Shown in pieces: positions 21,857 through 31,782 of a stretch of DNA of 64,000 bases. Positions within the stretch are counted from its first letter, which is position 1; each line of letters begins with the position of its first letter. Below the pieces are notes generated by a model. That model was not told the DNA's origin. It worked only from the letters and a program-made list of their open reading frames with translations, and made no database searches. A program made the position numbers and the translations under genes. The stretch comes from an uncultured Verrucomicrobiae bacterium. Its GTDB lineage: Bacteria; Verrucomicrobiota; Verrucomicrobiia; Chthoniobacterales; Chthoniobacteraceae. The stretch is from contig CAWIKF010000001.1 in the NCBI GenBank assembly GCA_963836755.1, positions 544,001 to 608,000 of the forward strand, given 5' to 3'.

Positions 21857-24070
21857 CTAAGCTGGAGAAATTTTTTTCAGGCCCACGGTCGCCAGCGGCG
21901 GCAAGCGGAGCATGACGGAGTGCGACTGGCCCTGCCACGAGATCGGCTCCGCGTGCATGCCGCCATAGTTGCCGGCATTGCTGCCGCCGTAGGTCTCCGC
22001 GTCGGTGTTTAAAATCTCCTCGTAAAACCCTTCGCCGGGCACGCCGATGCGGTAGCCCTCGCGCACGACCGGCGTCGCGTTGATGACGAATACGAGCGGC
22101 GGGCCGGTGCGCGCTTTGCGCATAAAGGCGATGACGCAGTTGTCCGCGTCGTGAAAATCGATCCACTCGAAGCCTTCGTAAGTGTCATCGAGTTCCCACA
22201 GCGCTGGCTCTTGTTTATACAGCCAGTTCAGATGTGTGACGAGCCGGCGCAGCCCCGCGTGCTCGGGAAAGTCGAGCAGCCACCAGTCGAGAGCCTGGTC
22301 GTGATTCCATTCGCGGCTCTGGCCGAATTCCTCCCCCATGAACAAAAGCTTCTTGCCCGGATGCGCATACATCCACGCGTAAAACATCCGCAAATTTGCG
22401 AATTTTTGCCACCAGTCGCCGGGCATTTTGCAAACCATCGAGCCTTTCCCGTGGACCACTTCGTCGTGACTCAGCACCAGCACGAAATGCTCGTGAAACG
22501 CGTAGATGAGCGAGAACGTCACGTCGCCCTGATGATAGCGGCGGTAGATCGGATCCTGCGCCATGTAGGAGAGGAAGTCGTGCATCCAGCCCATGTTCCA
22601 TTTGAAGCCGAAGCCGAGCCCGCCGAGATATGTAGGGCGCGAGACGCCGGGCCACGCCGTAGATTCCTCGGCGATGGTCATGATGCCCGGAAAACGTTCG
22701 TAGCACACTTCGTTAAACCTTTTTAAAAAGTAGATCGCCTCGAGATTCTCGCGTCCGCCATACGCATTCGGAATCCACTCGCCGGCCTTGCGGGAGTAAT
22801 CGAGGTAAAGCATCGATGCCACCGCATCCACGCGCAGGCCATCGATGTGATATTCGTCGAGCCAGAAGAGTGCATTCGCGATGAAAAAATTCCGCACTTC
22901 GTTGCGGCCATAGTTTGGAATCAAAGTTCCCCAATCCATGTGCTCGCCTTGCCGCGGATCCGCATGCTCAAACAGATCCGTGCCGTCAAACTCCGCGAGC
23001 CCGTGCGCATCTTTCGGAAAATGGCCCGGCACCCAATCCACAATGATGCCGATGCCGCGCTGGTGCGCGCGATCGACAAAATAGCGGAACTCGTCCGGGT
23101 TTCCGAAGCGCGAAGTCGGCGCGTAATAGCCCGTGACCTGGTAGCCCCACGAGCCGTCGAACGGATGCTCGGCGACGGGCATCAGCTCGATGTGCGTGTA
23201 GCCCATGTCGCAAACGTAGTTTAACAAAGCTTCAGCAAGTTCGCGATAGCTCAGGTAGCGATCTCCCTCCTCGTGATGCCGCGCCCAGGAGCCGAGATGG
23301 ACTTCGTAAACGCTGACCGGGCGATTTTGCCACGCCGTCTCGCGGCGTTTTTTCATCCAGTCGTCGTCACTCCACTTGTATCGCTTGATGTTAAACACCA
23401 TCGACGCCGTCGCCTTGCCGTGCTGCGAGTAAAACGCAAACGGATCACTTTTCACGAGATGCTGTCCGTGAGCGCCAAGGATCTCGAATTTGTAGTGCGC
23501 GCCTTCGCTGACATTGGGGACGAAGATTTCCCAGATTCCCGTCGCCGGATGTTTGCGCATCGAGTGGATGCGGCCGTCCCAGCCGTTGAAATCGCCGATC
23601 ACGCTCACGCGCTGCGCATTCGGCGCCCAAACCGCGAAGGTGCAGCCGCGCACGCCGTTTATCTCCGTCAAATGCGCGCCGAGTTTGTCGTAAATGTCGT
23701 AATGATTTCCCTCGGAAAAAAGATAGAGATCCATCTCGCCGAGAATCGTGCCGAAGGAATACGGATCGCGATCCGTCCACTGGTGGCCGTCGTGCGCCGT
23801 GAATTGCAGCTCGTAATCGAAGCGCTCGGTCCGCTCGGGAAGAATCGCCTCGAAAACCCCGTGCTCGTGCAGCCGTTTCGCTTCAAACTTTTTTCCGTCG
23901 CTCAAGCGCGCGACGCTGACTGCGCGGGCATCGGGACGAAAAACGCGCACGGTGAGTTTGCCGCCGGCTTCGTGCATGCCGAGCGCGGCAAACGGGTCGC
24001 CGTGATGCGCGCCGAGCAGCGCGTCGATGTGGCCGCGGTCGAGAGTTTGTGGGGTGTCGAGGACTTCCAT
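21857..24070 (-). CDS. glgB: 1,4-alpha-glucan branching enzyme
   Basis: [50 protein letters not shown]. Confidence 0.97.
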   Translation of the reverse strand: MEVLDTPQTLDRGHIDALLGAHHGDPFAALGMHEAGGKLTVRVFRPDARAVSVARLSDGKKFEAKRLHEHGVFEAILPERTERFDYELQFTAHDGHQWTDRDPYSFGTILGEMDLYLFSEGNHYDIYDKLGAHLTEINGVRGCTFAVWAPNAQRVSVIGDFNGWDGRIHSMRKHPATGIWEIFVPNVSEGAHYKFEILGAHGQHLVKSDPFAFYSQHGKATASMVFNIKRYKWSDDDWMKKRRETAWQNRPVSVYEVHLGSWARHHEEGDRYLSYRELAEALLNYVCDMGYTHIELMPVAEHPFDGSWGYQVTGYYAPTSRFGNPDEFRYFVDRAHQRGIGIIVDWVPGHFPKDAHGLAEFDGTDLFEHADPRQGEHMDWGTLIPNYGRNEVRNFFIANALFWLDEYHIDGLRVDAVASMLYLDYSRKAGEWIPNAYGGRENLEAIYFLKRFNEVCYERFPGIMTIAEESTAWPGVSRPTYLGGLGFGFKWNMGWMHDFLSYMAQDPIYRRYHQGDVTFSLIYAFHEHFVLVLSHDEVVHGKGSMVCKMPGDWWQKFANLRMFYAWMYAHPGKKLLFMGEEFGQSREWNHDQALDWWLLDFPEHAGLRRLVTHLNWLYKQEPALWELDDTYEGFEWIDFHDADNCVIAFMRKARTGPPLVFVINATPVVREGYRIGVPGEGFYEEILNTDAETYGGSNAGNYGGMHAEPISWQGQSHSVMLRLPPLATVGLKKISPA

Positions 24071-24076
24071 GGTTTT

Positions 24077-25288
24077 TTACTTTGTTAAAAGGAGTGGCGT
24101 TAAATATTTTTCGTAAATCGTCTCCCATGAGAAATCGCGAAGAACCTTCTTCCGCGCGGCTGCGGCTTCATCTTGCGCGAGATTTCGAATCAGCAGATCC
24201 GCGAGATCGCGCGGCGAAGTCGCCGGGTCGAAAAATGTGACGTGATGAGTCAGCAGCGTTTTCATCGGCTCGATATCTGCACAGAAAACCGGCAGCCAGT
24301 GCAAAGCCGCCTCCAATGGCGGGAGGCCGAAACCCTCCTGAAAGCTGGGGAAAAACAGAGCATCCGCAAGTTCATATAATCCGACGAGGTCGCGCTTTGT
24401 CACCGCAAAAAGCCGATGCAAAAAAATCGCGGCTTCTGCGACTCCCAATTTATCGGCCAGCGCCGCGAGTTCGCGCGCATAGCGCCGCGATGCGGGATTG
24501 TGCAAATCGGGCGGCCCCGTCACCAGCAGACAGCTGCGCACGCCGCGGCGCTGCAGTTCCGCGATCACGTGCAGGCCGAGCTCGACGTTCTTGCGTTTCA
24601 CGAGCCGCGCGGGCTGCAGCAGGACCAGATCTTTTTTGAAAAGTTGCCGCTCTTCAGCGAACTTCGCCATGCGCGAGTTCAACCCGAGCACCGTCGTGGG
24701 CGAGACGCCGTTCGGAATCACGCGGCAGCGATTGGGATCAATATTTGTCAGCGCCACAAACTCACGTTTCCGCAGCTCGGAGACCGCGACGTATTCGATG
24801 AGCGGATGCGCCGAAGCCAGATGGTGCCAAGGTTCTCGGGCAATGTGAGGGAATTGGTAATCGACGTTGCGCGCCGCCAGATCGTGCACCCATCCGACGA
24901 AACGCATGTCCTTCAGTTCCGATGCGAGCTGCCAGAGCGCCGCCGTCCACGCGAGATGGAACGGCATGGTGAGCACGTTGTGAATCATCACGACGTTAAC
25001 GCCCCGACAAAGCTCCGAAAGTTCGGCAGCGACGCCTTTTTGCAGCATCGAAAAACTTTCTCCCGGTGCGCCCGCGTCGAGTTCCTGCTGCGCGGTTTTC
25101 ATCAGCGGATGCTTTGGCGCGAGGAGCGGCAGTTTAACAAACTTCGCAGCAAAGTTTGACGCGCGTCGCGAACCGCTCACAATCGTCACCTCGTGTCCGT
25201 GCTTTGAAAAAAGCGCCGCATGTTCGTCGATGACCGTTTCGACGCCGCCAATCCGGCCGGCGGAAAAGTGCGCCAGCAACAGTTTCAT
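24077..25288 (-). CDS. Glycosyltransferase family 4
   Basis: GGVE, HNVLTMPFH, QPARLVKRKNVE, FFPSFQEGFGLPPLEA. Confidence 0.88.
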   Translation of the reverse strand: MKLLLAHFSAGRIGGVETVIDEHAALFSKHGHEVTIVSGSRRASNFAAKFVKLPLLAPKHPLMKTAQQELDAGAPGESFSMLQKGVAAELSELCRGVNVVMIHNVLTMPFHLAWTAALWQLASELKDMRFVGWVHDLAARNVDYQFPHIAREPWHHLASAHPLIEYVAVSELRKREFVALTNIDPNRCRVIPNGVSPTTVLGLNSRMAKFAEERQLFKKDLVLLQPARLVKRKNVELGLHVIAELQRRGVRSCLLVTGPPDLHNPASRRYARELAALADKLGVAEAAIFLHRLFAVTKRDLVGLYELADALFFPSFQEGFGLPPLEAALHWLPVFCADIEPMKTLLTHHVTFFDPATSPRDLADLLIRNLAQDEAAAARKKVLRDFSWETIYEKYLTPLLLTK

Positions 25289-25321
25289 CGTGATGGCGCG
25301 GCGCCTGCTTTGTTTAAACGA

Positions 25322-25516
25322 ATGCGATACTTCCTGGCGTTCCTCATTATATGCGGGATCTACTTGTATGTCTTTCGCAACAATCCCGCCAGACCCGCGG
25401 TGCCCGTCGCGCAGGCGACTCCGTCGCCATCGGGCGATTTCATAAAGCGGCCGCTCGATCGCACGCACGCGGTGCTCGATCAGGTGCGGACGCAACGCGA
25501 CTCCAACGACTTCTAG
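25322..25516 (+). CDS. Small single-TM hypothetical protein
   Basis: MRYFLAFLIICGIYLYVF...DFIKRPLDRTHAVLDQV. Confidence 0.55.
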   Translation: MRYFLAFLIICGIYLYVFRNNPARPAVPVAQATPSPSGDFIKRPLDRTHAVLDQVRTQRDSNDF

Positions 25517-25602
25517 AGCGGTCCGCGCAGTCTTAAAGGCGCGCCCCGGGTCCAACGGAGAGGCGCGGAAGGCGCAAATGTCCTCGCACGCCCAGAGTCG
25601 AT

Positions 25603-26127
25603 GTGACCGGAAACAGCGCTGTGCTGACCGCTTTCACAACGAAACACGGAACGCTGAAGACGGCGAACGCGGCTGCAATAGCGGCGCGCGCTGCCTCAAA
25701 GCAGGCAACAACGCAGCTCAACGCCGCAAAGAAGGATTGGGTCGGCGGGCTGAATAGTCTGGCGAGCGTGACGGAGAGCCTCACGGGAGGCGATGCTGCG
25801 AAGATCCAGGGAACTGGATTCGACGTGCGCAATGCCGCGGCGCCGCTGCCGATGCCGGAGCAAGTGATGAACCTGAGCGTGGCCCTGAACGGCCAGGTCG
25901 GTTACTCGTCGCTCACGTGGAATCCGCTGGCGGTCGCGGATCATTACATCCAGACGAGCCCCGATCCGATTACGGATGCGAGCTGGACGTTCGTGGATAC
26001 GGCGTTGAGCGCGTCGTATTGCGGCAACGGCGCGGTCGCCGGCCAGAAGCGCTGGTATCGCGTGGCGGGTGTGAACACGGCTGGCACTGGGCCGTGGAGT
26101 GATCCGGCTTTGCGCCCGGTGATGTAA
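25603..26127 (+). CDS. FN3-domain protein of the same family as 7554-8186, apparently N-terminally truncated
   Basis: TGGDAAKIQGTGF aligns with ANGDLETLLSSGF; WYRVAGVNTAGTGPWSDP is an FN3 end. GTG start without the N-terminal helix. Confidence 0.65.
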   Translation: MTGNSAVLTAFTTKHGTLKTANAAAIAARAASKQATTQLNAAKKDWVGGLNSLASVTESLTGGDAAKIQGTGFDVRNAAAPLPMPEQVMNLSVALNGQVGYSSLTWNPLAVADHYIQTSPDPITDASWTFVDTALSASYCGNGAVAGQKRWYRVAGVNTAGTGPWSDPALRPVM

Positions 26128-26167
26128 TAAAGAGGGGGCATTCCGCTTGGCGGATGCCTTGCGAATG

Positions 26168-26207
26168 AAACGGGAACGGTCCATCGGGATCGTTCCCGTT
26201 TTGTTTC
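26168..26207 (+). terminator. Rho-independent terminator
   Basis: AAACGGGAACGGTCC-atc-GGGATCGTTCCCGTTTTGTTT. Confidence 0.7.
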
Positions 26208-26369
26208 CGTGCAACGCGCGCGCACTCGCGTGACAGAGCGGATCGATTAGTTTTAGACAACTCTCAGCGCCCGATATTGCCCGCGCGTTTGCTGTTCCAA
26301 CAAAGGCGGATGAAAAAAAGTCCGCGCTTGAATTCCATACTCGGCGCGGCTAATTTCGGCGCCCGCTTC

Positions 26370-26441
26370 GCCAGGGTAGCTCAGTGGTAGAGCAGGGGAC
26401 TCATAAGCCCTTGGTCGGGAGTTCAACTCTCCCCCCTGGCA
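26370..26441 (+). tRNA. tRNA with CAT anticodon, probably tRNA-Ile2 (lysidine) rather than Met; no encoded CCA
   Basis: GCCAGGG acceptor stem pairs with CCCTGGC-A; D arm TAGCTCAGTGGTAGAGC; anticodon loop CTCATAA; T loop GTTCAACT. Confidence 0.9.
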
Positions 26442-26443
26442 CT

Positions 26444-27541
26444 TTATCCGCCGCTGGAGTTGCCGAGTTCCTGTTCCTCGGGCGGGAGGAAAACGCGGAA
26501 GCGATTTTTGTCGATCGCCTTCATGTATGCCTCGTGCGGCGAAACGATGCCCTGCTGCATCACGCTCCAGATCGCGTCGTCCATGAATTGCATGCCCTGA
26601 CTTTTTCCCGCGACGATCACGTCCTGCAATTTCTGCGTCGCGCCTTCGCGGATAATCGCGGAGACGGCGCTGTTCGCCATGAGGATTTCGTTGACAGCGA
26701 GACGGCCGCCGCCAGCTTCGGGAGTTTTTTTCAAAAGCAATTGCGCCACGACGCCGCGCAGCGATGCAGCCAGCATCGTTCGCACCTGCGCCTGCTGGTC
26801 GGACGGGAAGACGTCGATCATGCGATCGATTGTTTTACGTGCGTTGTTCGTGTGCAAAGTTCCGAAAACGAGCAGCCCGGTCTCCGCAGCCGTGAGCGCG
26901 AGCGCGATGGTCTCGAGATCGCGCATTTCACCGACGAGCACGATGTCGGTATCTTCGCGCAACGCGGCTTTGAGGCCGGCGGCGAAGGACGCGGAATTGT
27001 CCGGCACCTCGCGCTGTGTGATAACGCTCCGTTTGTTATTGTGCACGAACTCGATCGGCTCCTCGACCGTGATGATGTGCTTTGTGTAGTTGGAATTAAT
27101 GTAGTCCATCAGCGCGGCGAGCGTGGTGCTTTTGCCGGAGCCGGTCGGGCCGGTGACGAGGACGATGCCGCCGCGGACGTTGGCGAATTCCTTGACGATC
27201 GGCGGAATGCCGAGGTCTTCGAGTGACGCGATCTTTGTCGGGATGAGGCGGAAGACCGCGCCGTAGCCATTGGTCTGCTTGAGGAAGTTGCAACGAAAGC
27301 GTGAGCTCTCGTTCATCTCGTAAGCGAAATCGATGTCGCCCAGTTCCTCGAAACGCTGCCACCGTTCCGGCCCGGAGATTTCGCTCATCATGTAGGCTGC
27401 TTCCTCGCTCGTGAGCGGCTCCTCGCGAATCGGAATGATGTCGCCATGCTGGCGCACTTTCGGTTTTTGGCCGACCGCAAGATGAAGGTCGGACGCTCCG
27501 GCCTGGATGAGCACCTCGAAAAATTGATCGATGTAAGCCAT
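26444..27541 (-). CDS. pilT: PilT/PilU-family type IV pilus retraction ATPase
   Basis: ASDLHL, GPTGSGKSTTLAA, ITVEEPIEF, ALREDTDIVLVGEMRD, AETGLLVFGTLHT. Confidence 0.92.
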   Translation of the reverse strand: MAYIDQFFEVLIQAGASDLHLAVGQKPKVRQHGDIIPIREEPLTSEEAAYMMSEISGPERWQRFEELGDIDFAYEMNESSRFRCNFLKQTNGYGAVFRLIPTKIASLEDLGIPPIVKEFANVRGGIVLVTGPTGSGKSTTLAALMDYINSNYTKHIITVEEPIEFVHNNKRSVITQREVPDNSASFAAGLKAALREDTDIVLVGEMRDLETIALALTAAETGLLVFGTLHTNNARKTIDRMIDVFPSDQQAQVRTMLAASLRGVVAQLLLKKTPEAGGGRLAVNEILMANSAVSAIIREGATQKLQDVIVAGKSQGMQFMDDAIWSVMQQGIVSPHEAYMKAIDKNRFRVFLPPEEQELGNSSGG

Positions 27542-27544
27542 GCG

Positions 27545-28681
27545 TCAGCTCGCGAAATGTTGTTTCATCAAAGCCTTCACTTCGGCGCGCGCATACGCTT
27601 CCTCCTGCGAGATGAGGCCCCGGTCGTAAAGCTCCATCAGCGATTCGTCCATGAGCTTCATGCCGAGTTTTTTGCCGGTCTGCATCACGCCGGGGAGCAT
27701 GTAAGTTTTGCCTTCGCGGATCGAATTCGCAACGGCTGGCGAGTTCGTTAGAACTTCCATCGCCATCACGCGACCTTTTCCATCCTTCCGAGGAATGAGC
27801 TGTTGCGTGACCACGCCGCGCAAACTTTCGCTGACCATGATCCGGATTTGATCCCGCTGTTCGATCGGGAAGACGTCGAGCACGCGGTCGAGCGTCCGCG
27901 CGGCGCTGCTGGTGTGGAGTGTGCCGAGCACGAGGTGGCCGGTTTCCGATGCCGTAATGGCGAGGCTGATCGTCTCGAGGTCGCGCATTTCGCCGACGAG
28001 AATCACGTCCGGATCCTGTCGAAGACAGCCTCGCAGGGCGGATGCGAACGACTCGGTGTGCATGTGCACCTCGCGTTGCGTGATCTGGCAAAGCTTCGGT
28101 TCGTAAATAAATTCGATCGGATCCTCGAGCGTGATGATGTGGTCGTGCCGCGTCTGATTCACCTCTTCGATGAAAGCCGCGAGCGTCGTCGATTTGCCGC
28201 TGCCGACCGCGCCGGTCACGAGGATCAGGCCGTTATGATATTGCGTGAGCAACCGCAAATTATGCGGCAGCCCGAGCTCGTCCATCGTGCGCACATGCGC
28301 GTTGATGACGCGGAAAACTAATTCGTAGCCGTGACGCTGCCGGACGACGCTGCCGCGGTAACGGCCGAACGAAGTCGAGTATGCAAAGTCCACGTCGCCG
28401 CGCTCGGCGAGCTGCCGCTTTTGCGTGTCATCCAAAATCGCCATCGCCATCCGCTCCGTATCCGCCGGCGTGAGCAACGGCGCGGTCGGGAAAATCGGTT
28501 CGAGCACTCCGAATCTGCGCCGGATCGGTTGCGCATTCGCGCCGAGATGAACGTCCGAAGCGTCCGTATCCTGACCAAATTTCAGATACGGATCGACGTG
28601 ATCCAAAGTGCGGACGCGCGCCTCATCCTCGAGCACATCCATTGAGGGGGAAACAACTGCGAGCTCTGCTGCCATCGGCAT
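27545..28681 (-). CDS. Second PilT/PilU-family ATPase
   Basis: ASDVHL, GAVGSGKSTTLAA, LEDPIE, LRQDPDVILVGEMRD, SETGHLVLGTLHT. Start uncertain. Confidence 0.9.
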   Translation of the reverse strand: MPMAAELAVVSPSMDVLEDEARVRTLDHVDPYLKFGQDTDASDVHLGANAQPIRRRFGVLEPIFPTAPLLTPADTERMAMAILDDTQKRQLAERGDVDFAYSTSFGRYRGSVVRQRHGYELVFRVINAHVRTMDELGLPHNLRLLTQYHNGLILVTGAVGSGKSTTLAAFIEEVNQTRHDHIITLEDPIEFIYEPKLCQITQREVHMHTESFASALRGCLRQDPDVILVGEMRDLETISLAITASETGHLVLGTLHTSSAARTLDRVLDVFPIEQRDQIRIMVSESLRGVVTQQLIPRKDGKGRVMAMEVLTNSPAVANSIREGKTYMLPGVMQTGKKLGMKLMDESLMELYDRGLISQEEAYARAEVKALMKQHFAS

Positions 28682-28738
28682 CCACGGGACTACACCACCG
28701 GGCGGAAATCAAACACTTTCGCGCGCGGCGCTGGAAAT

Positions 28739-29104
28739 TTAACGCTTGCTTCGCCGGCGCGCGAACTCGCTCACCTGCTTCGTGGCGAACGACATCAGCG
28801 CCGGTCGCGCGACGGAAAAAGCCATCTTCGCGACGGCAAGCGCGAGCCCCGCTTTTTCCAGGTTTTTAACAGTCGGTTTACCGCGACGGTCGACGTAAAC
28901 TTTCTTTGTGCGCCGCGGCAGTTTCGCGATGAGCAGCCCGAGCATCGATGCCGCGCCGATCCAAATGCCCTTGTGCTCCTCGATCGACTTTTTCAAATGC
29001 GCCGGCACATCCACATCGTGTCGAAACGCATCGCCATATCGCGCGATCTGCGCTCGGGCGCGGTCGAGTTCAGCGGCTAGCTCTGCTTTTTGGTCTGCAG
29101 CCAT
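28739..29104 (-). CDS. Hypothetical membrane-associated protein (YqjK-like position)
   Basis: Third gene of a DUF883-YqjE-type cluster; hydrophobic segments. Confidence 0.6.
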   Translation of the reverse strand: MAADQKAELAAELDRARAQIARYGDAFRHDVDVPAHLKKSIEEHKGIWIGAASMLGLLIAKLPRRTKKVYVDRRGKPTVKNLEKAGLALAVAKMAFSVARPALMSFATKQVSEFARRRSKR

Positions 29105-29484
29105 TGTTTATCTTTTTTAAATTCCTGCAGCGTCGCGCTGAACATTGAGGCGCTGAGTCGCGCCTTTGCAAAAACGATGCACGCCATTGCCACGCCGAAG
29201 TGCGCGAGCGCCAGCACGAGCACGACCCACTCCGCGTGAACATGCAGCAGCCGCGCAATCAAAAATACGAGGCCGATGCAAAAAAACAGATAGCCGAAGA
29301 CGACGACGCACAGCGCGACGATCGCCAACCCGGCGATGATGCCGAAATGAACCAGCGCTTCTTTCGTCTCGATGCCAGCGAGATGCAGCCGCGCGCCGAG
29401 GTAGGCGGCGATCGCCGAAAAGAGCGCCCGGCCGTTTTCGATGAACCCACTGTCCGAAGTGGGCGACCTCGTCGGATCAGCCAT
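29077..29484 (-). CDS. YqjE / phage-holin-like membrane protein
   Basis: RLHLAGIETKE, two TM helices, FSATLQEFKKDKQWL. Confidence 0.8.
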   Translation of the reverse strand: MADPTRSPTSDSGFIENGRALFSAIAAYLGARLHLAGIETKEALVHFGIIAGLAIVALCVVVFGYLFFCIGLVFLIARLLHVHAEWVVLVLALAHFGVAMACIVFAKARLSASMFSATLQEFKKDKQWLQTKKQS

Positions 29485-29493
29485 TCTGCGGCG

Positions 29494-29814
29494 CTAGCGG
29501 CGGAAGATCAGGCCCATGAGAAACCCGATGCCGAGCGCAGTCAGCACGGCGCGCGTAGGATTATCGCGAACATACTGTTCGCCGTCATCACGCATCGAGC
29601 GCGCACGCGTCCGGGCCTCTTCGTAAGTGTGTTCGGCGCGACCGCGCAGTTCATTCACCTTGTCTTGCGCGGCGTCGCGGAGCTCAGCTGCCTTCGCTTC
29701 AGCGGCGGCGCGGAGATCTTCCGCGGCCTGTTTCGCGTGCGTCTTGCCGCTCTCGAGTTTCGCATTGGGGTCAACAGTCGTGACTCCTGGATTTGGATTA
29801 TTTTCGTCTGCCAT
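29494..29814 (-). CDS. DUF883 / ElaB-YqjD family tail-anchored protein
   Basis: C-terminal YVRDNPTRAVLTALGIGFLMGLIFRR. Confidence 0.88.
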   Translation of the reverse strand: MADENNPNPGVTTVDPNAKLESGKTHAKQAAEDLRAAAEAKAAELRDAAQDKVNELRGRAEHTYEEARTRARSMRDDGEQYVRDNPTRAVLTALGIGFLMGLIFRR

Positions 29815-29893
29815 AATATGATGTGTTGAGTTCTTTGTAGCGCCGTGGCGGCGCTCGTCTAGTTTTGTTACGGATTGAATTAAGATTCTGCGC

Positions 29894-30112
29894 TCATGTT
29901 TCGCGGAAAATGATGCGCGCCTTGCTCAAATCATACGCCGAGAGCTCGAGCTCCACTTTGTCGCCAGGCACGATCCGAATGAAATGCTTGCGCATTTTTC
30001 CCGAGATGTGCGCCAGCACGCTCGCGCCGTTCGGCAGATTCACGCGGAACATCGTCCCCGGCAAAACGTCGGTCACGGTCCCCTCGGTTTTAATCACGTC
30101 CGGCTTGGCCAT
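29894..30112 (-). CDS. infA: Translation initiation factor IF-1
   Basis: [40 protein letters not shown]. Confidence 0.97.
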   Translation of the reverse strand: MAKPDVIKTEGTVTDVLPGTMFRVNLPNGASVLAHISGKMRKHFIRIVPGDKVELELSAYDLSKARIIFRET

Positions 30113-30121
30113 GCGCGCGAA

Positions 30122-30826
30122 TCATGCCGGCGGCAGTTCTTCCTGACAATTCCCGTTTTCGGCGCGCATCCTCTGCGCATCAAGGTTCGGCGCCAGCGCA
30201 TCCAGTCTTTTTTCAAAAACTTCCGCCACGCGATCGGCGACCGCCCGCACCGAAATCTCAGCGCCCGTCTCGCGCGCGAGACTCGTCATTTCCACTCCCG
30301 CGATCCCGCACGGCGTGATCCGCGCGAACGGCGACAGGTCGCCATTCACGTTCAGCGCAAAGCCATGCATGCTCGTCCATTGCCGCACGCCGACGCCGAT
30401 GCTCGCGAGTTTGCGCGGCCCGATCCAGACGCCTGTCAAACTTTCGCGCCGCTGCGCCGTCACGCCAAAATGCGCGCACGTCTCGATCAAAATTTCCTCC
30501 AGCGCTCGCAGATAAACGTGCAAATCTCGTCCGTGTGCGCGCAAATCCAAAATCGGATAACCGACGAGCTGCCCCGGCCCGTGAAAAGTCGCCTGTCCGC
30601 CGCGGTTGATTCGCACCACCGGATGCGGCAGCGCCGTCGCGTCGCGCAGGCTCGATTGATCCGGCGTCCGGCCGATCGTGTAAACCGGCTCATGCTCTAG
30701 CAAAAGAAGCTGGTCACAAATTTCACCCGCGACGCGCCGAGCCAGCAGCGATTCCTGCAGCGTCAGCGCTTCATCGTAGCTGACGCGGCCGAGCCATTGC
30801 ACGGCGAGCGTTTGTGTTGCGCTCAT
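30122..30826 (-). CDS. lipB: Lipoyl(octanoyl) transferase
   Basis: LLEHEPVYTIG, RGGQATFHGPGQLVGYPI, KLASIG, HGFALNV, PCGI. Confidence 0.95.
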   Translation of the reverse strand: MSATQTLAVQWLGRVSYDEALTLQESLLARRVAGEICDQLLLLEHEPVYTIGRTPDQSSLRDATALPHPVVRINRGGQATFHGPGQLVGYPILDLRAHGRDLHVYLRALEEILIETCAHFGVTAQRRESLTGVWIGPRKLASIGVGVRQWTSMHGFALNVNGDLSPFARITPCGIAGVEMTSLARETGAEISVRAVADRVAEVFEKRLDALAPNLDAQRMRAENGNCQEELPPA

Positions 30827-30828
30827 TT

Positions 30829-31332
30829 TCAAATTTGCACAAGCGTTGTCGCTCCGGTCGCGGCTGTTTGACTCGTTTGAAAATGGGTCAACCCGATGGC
30901 GATCGCGTCCGCAGCGTCCGGCGGCGGCGTTTCCGTGAGCCCGAGCAGCGCGCGAACCATGAAACCAACTTGCGACTTTGCCGCAGCGCCGCGCCCGACC
31001 ACAGCTTGTTTGACACGCCGCGGTGCGTATTCAAAAATCGGCACGCCTCGCTCCGCGAGCGCGAGCAGTGCCGCGCCACGCGCCGCACCCAGCGTGATTG
31101 CGACCCGATAATTCTGCACGAAGATCACTGCCTCGACCGCCGCGCAATCCGGCTCATGCGTCGCGATCAAAGTCGCCAGTCGATCGTGGATCGCCACGAG
31201 GCACGACGACGGTCGCAGCGCGCTGCCATTCGCGATCACGCCAAACTCCACGGCGCGAACTTTGCCCGCGTCTTTTTCGAGAACGGCGAAACCGGTCCCG
31301 CGCAACGAAGGATCGACCGCCAGCACGCGCAT
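30829..31332 (-). CDS. ruvC: Holliday junction resolvase
   Basis: VLAVDPSLRGTG, AVE, LGAARGA, VKQAVVGRGAAAKSQV, DAADAIAI. Confidence 0.95.
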   Translation of the reverse strand: MRVLAVDPSLRGTGFAVLEKDAGKVRAVEFGVIANGSALRPSSCLVAIHDRLATLIATHEPDCAAVEAVIFVQNYRVAITLGAARGAALLALAERGVPIFEYAPRRVKQAVVGRGAAAKSQVGFMVRALLGLTETPPPDAADAIAIGLTHFQTSQTAATGATTLVQI

Positions 31333-31697
31333 TACTTTTTCCCGCGCTTCTCCTCCTCGGCGAGATCGAGGTGAAAGCGGCGCAGGAACCGGTTGAACAC
31401 CGGCGCGAAAAGCACGCCCGCGACGCCGATGAAAAGCAGCCCGCTGAAGAGCGCGTAGAACGACGCGAAAAGTTTTGACGCCGCATTGTGCAGCGGATCC
31501 ACCGGCCCCATGCCGCCGAGAATCATCGATGCGTTCAAAAGCGAATCGACCCACGGCAATCCGTCGAGCGCGTGATAGCCGAGCACGCCAATCGCCAACG
31601 CGATGCTGATGACGACAAATGCGACGCCTGCATTCCGCAGCAAATGGTGCGCGAAGCGGCGGCGCGAATGGAGCGGATGCTTCCGAAATTCTGGCAT
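31332..31697 (-). CDS. Small two-TM membrane protein (ion-channel-like pore segment)
   Basis: IGVLGYH...WVDSLLNASMILGGMGP...KLFASFYALFSG. Confidence 0.7.
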   Translation of the reverse strand: MPEFRKHPLHSRRRFAHHLLRNAGVAFVVISIALAIGVLGYHALDGLPWVDSLLNASMILGGMGPVDPLHNAASKLFASFYALFSGLLFIGVAGVLFAPVFNRFLRRFHLDLAEEEKRGKK

Positions 31698-31782
31698 CAA
31701 AGTTTCCTATCACACGCCGCGCGCAAGCAAAGATTTTGTCGCGCGCTCCGACGCTTCATTTCAAAAAAAGTCGCCGGTGCTG

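Noticed and set aside
26370..26441. tRNA as an integration site for a mobile element (also tRNA-His at 62695)
   Set aside because: No integrase or duplicated tRNA 3' end seen; core genes end within a few bases of both tRNAs.
29077..29484. Prophage holin
   Set aside because: It sits in the ordinary DUF883-YqjE-YqjK-like cluster with no phage genes around.
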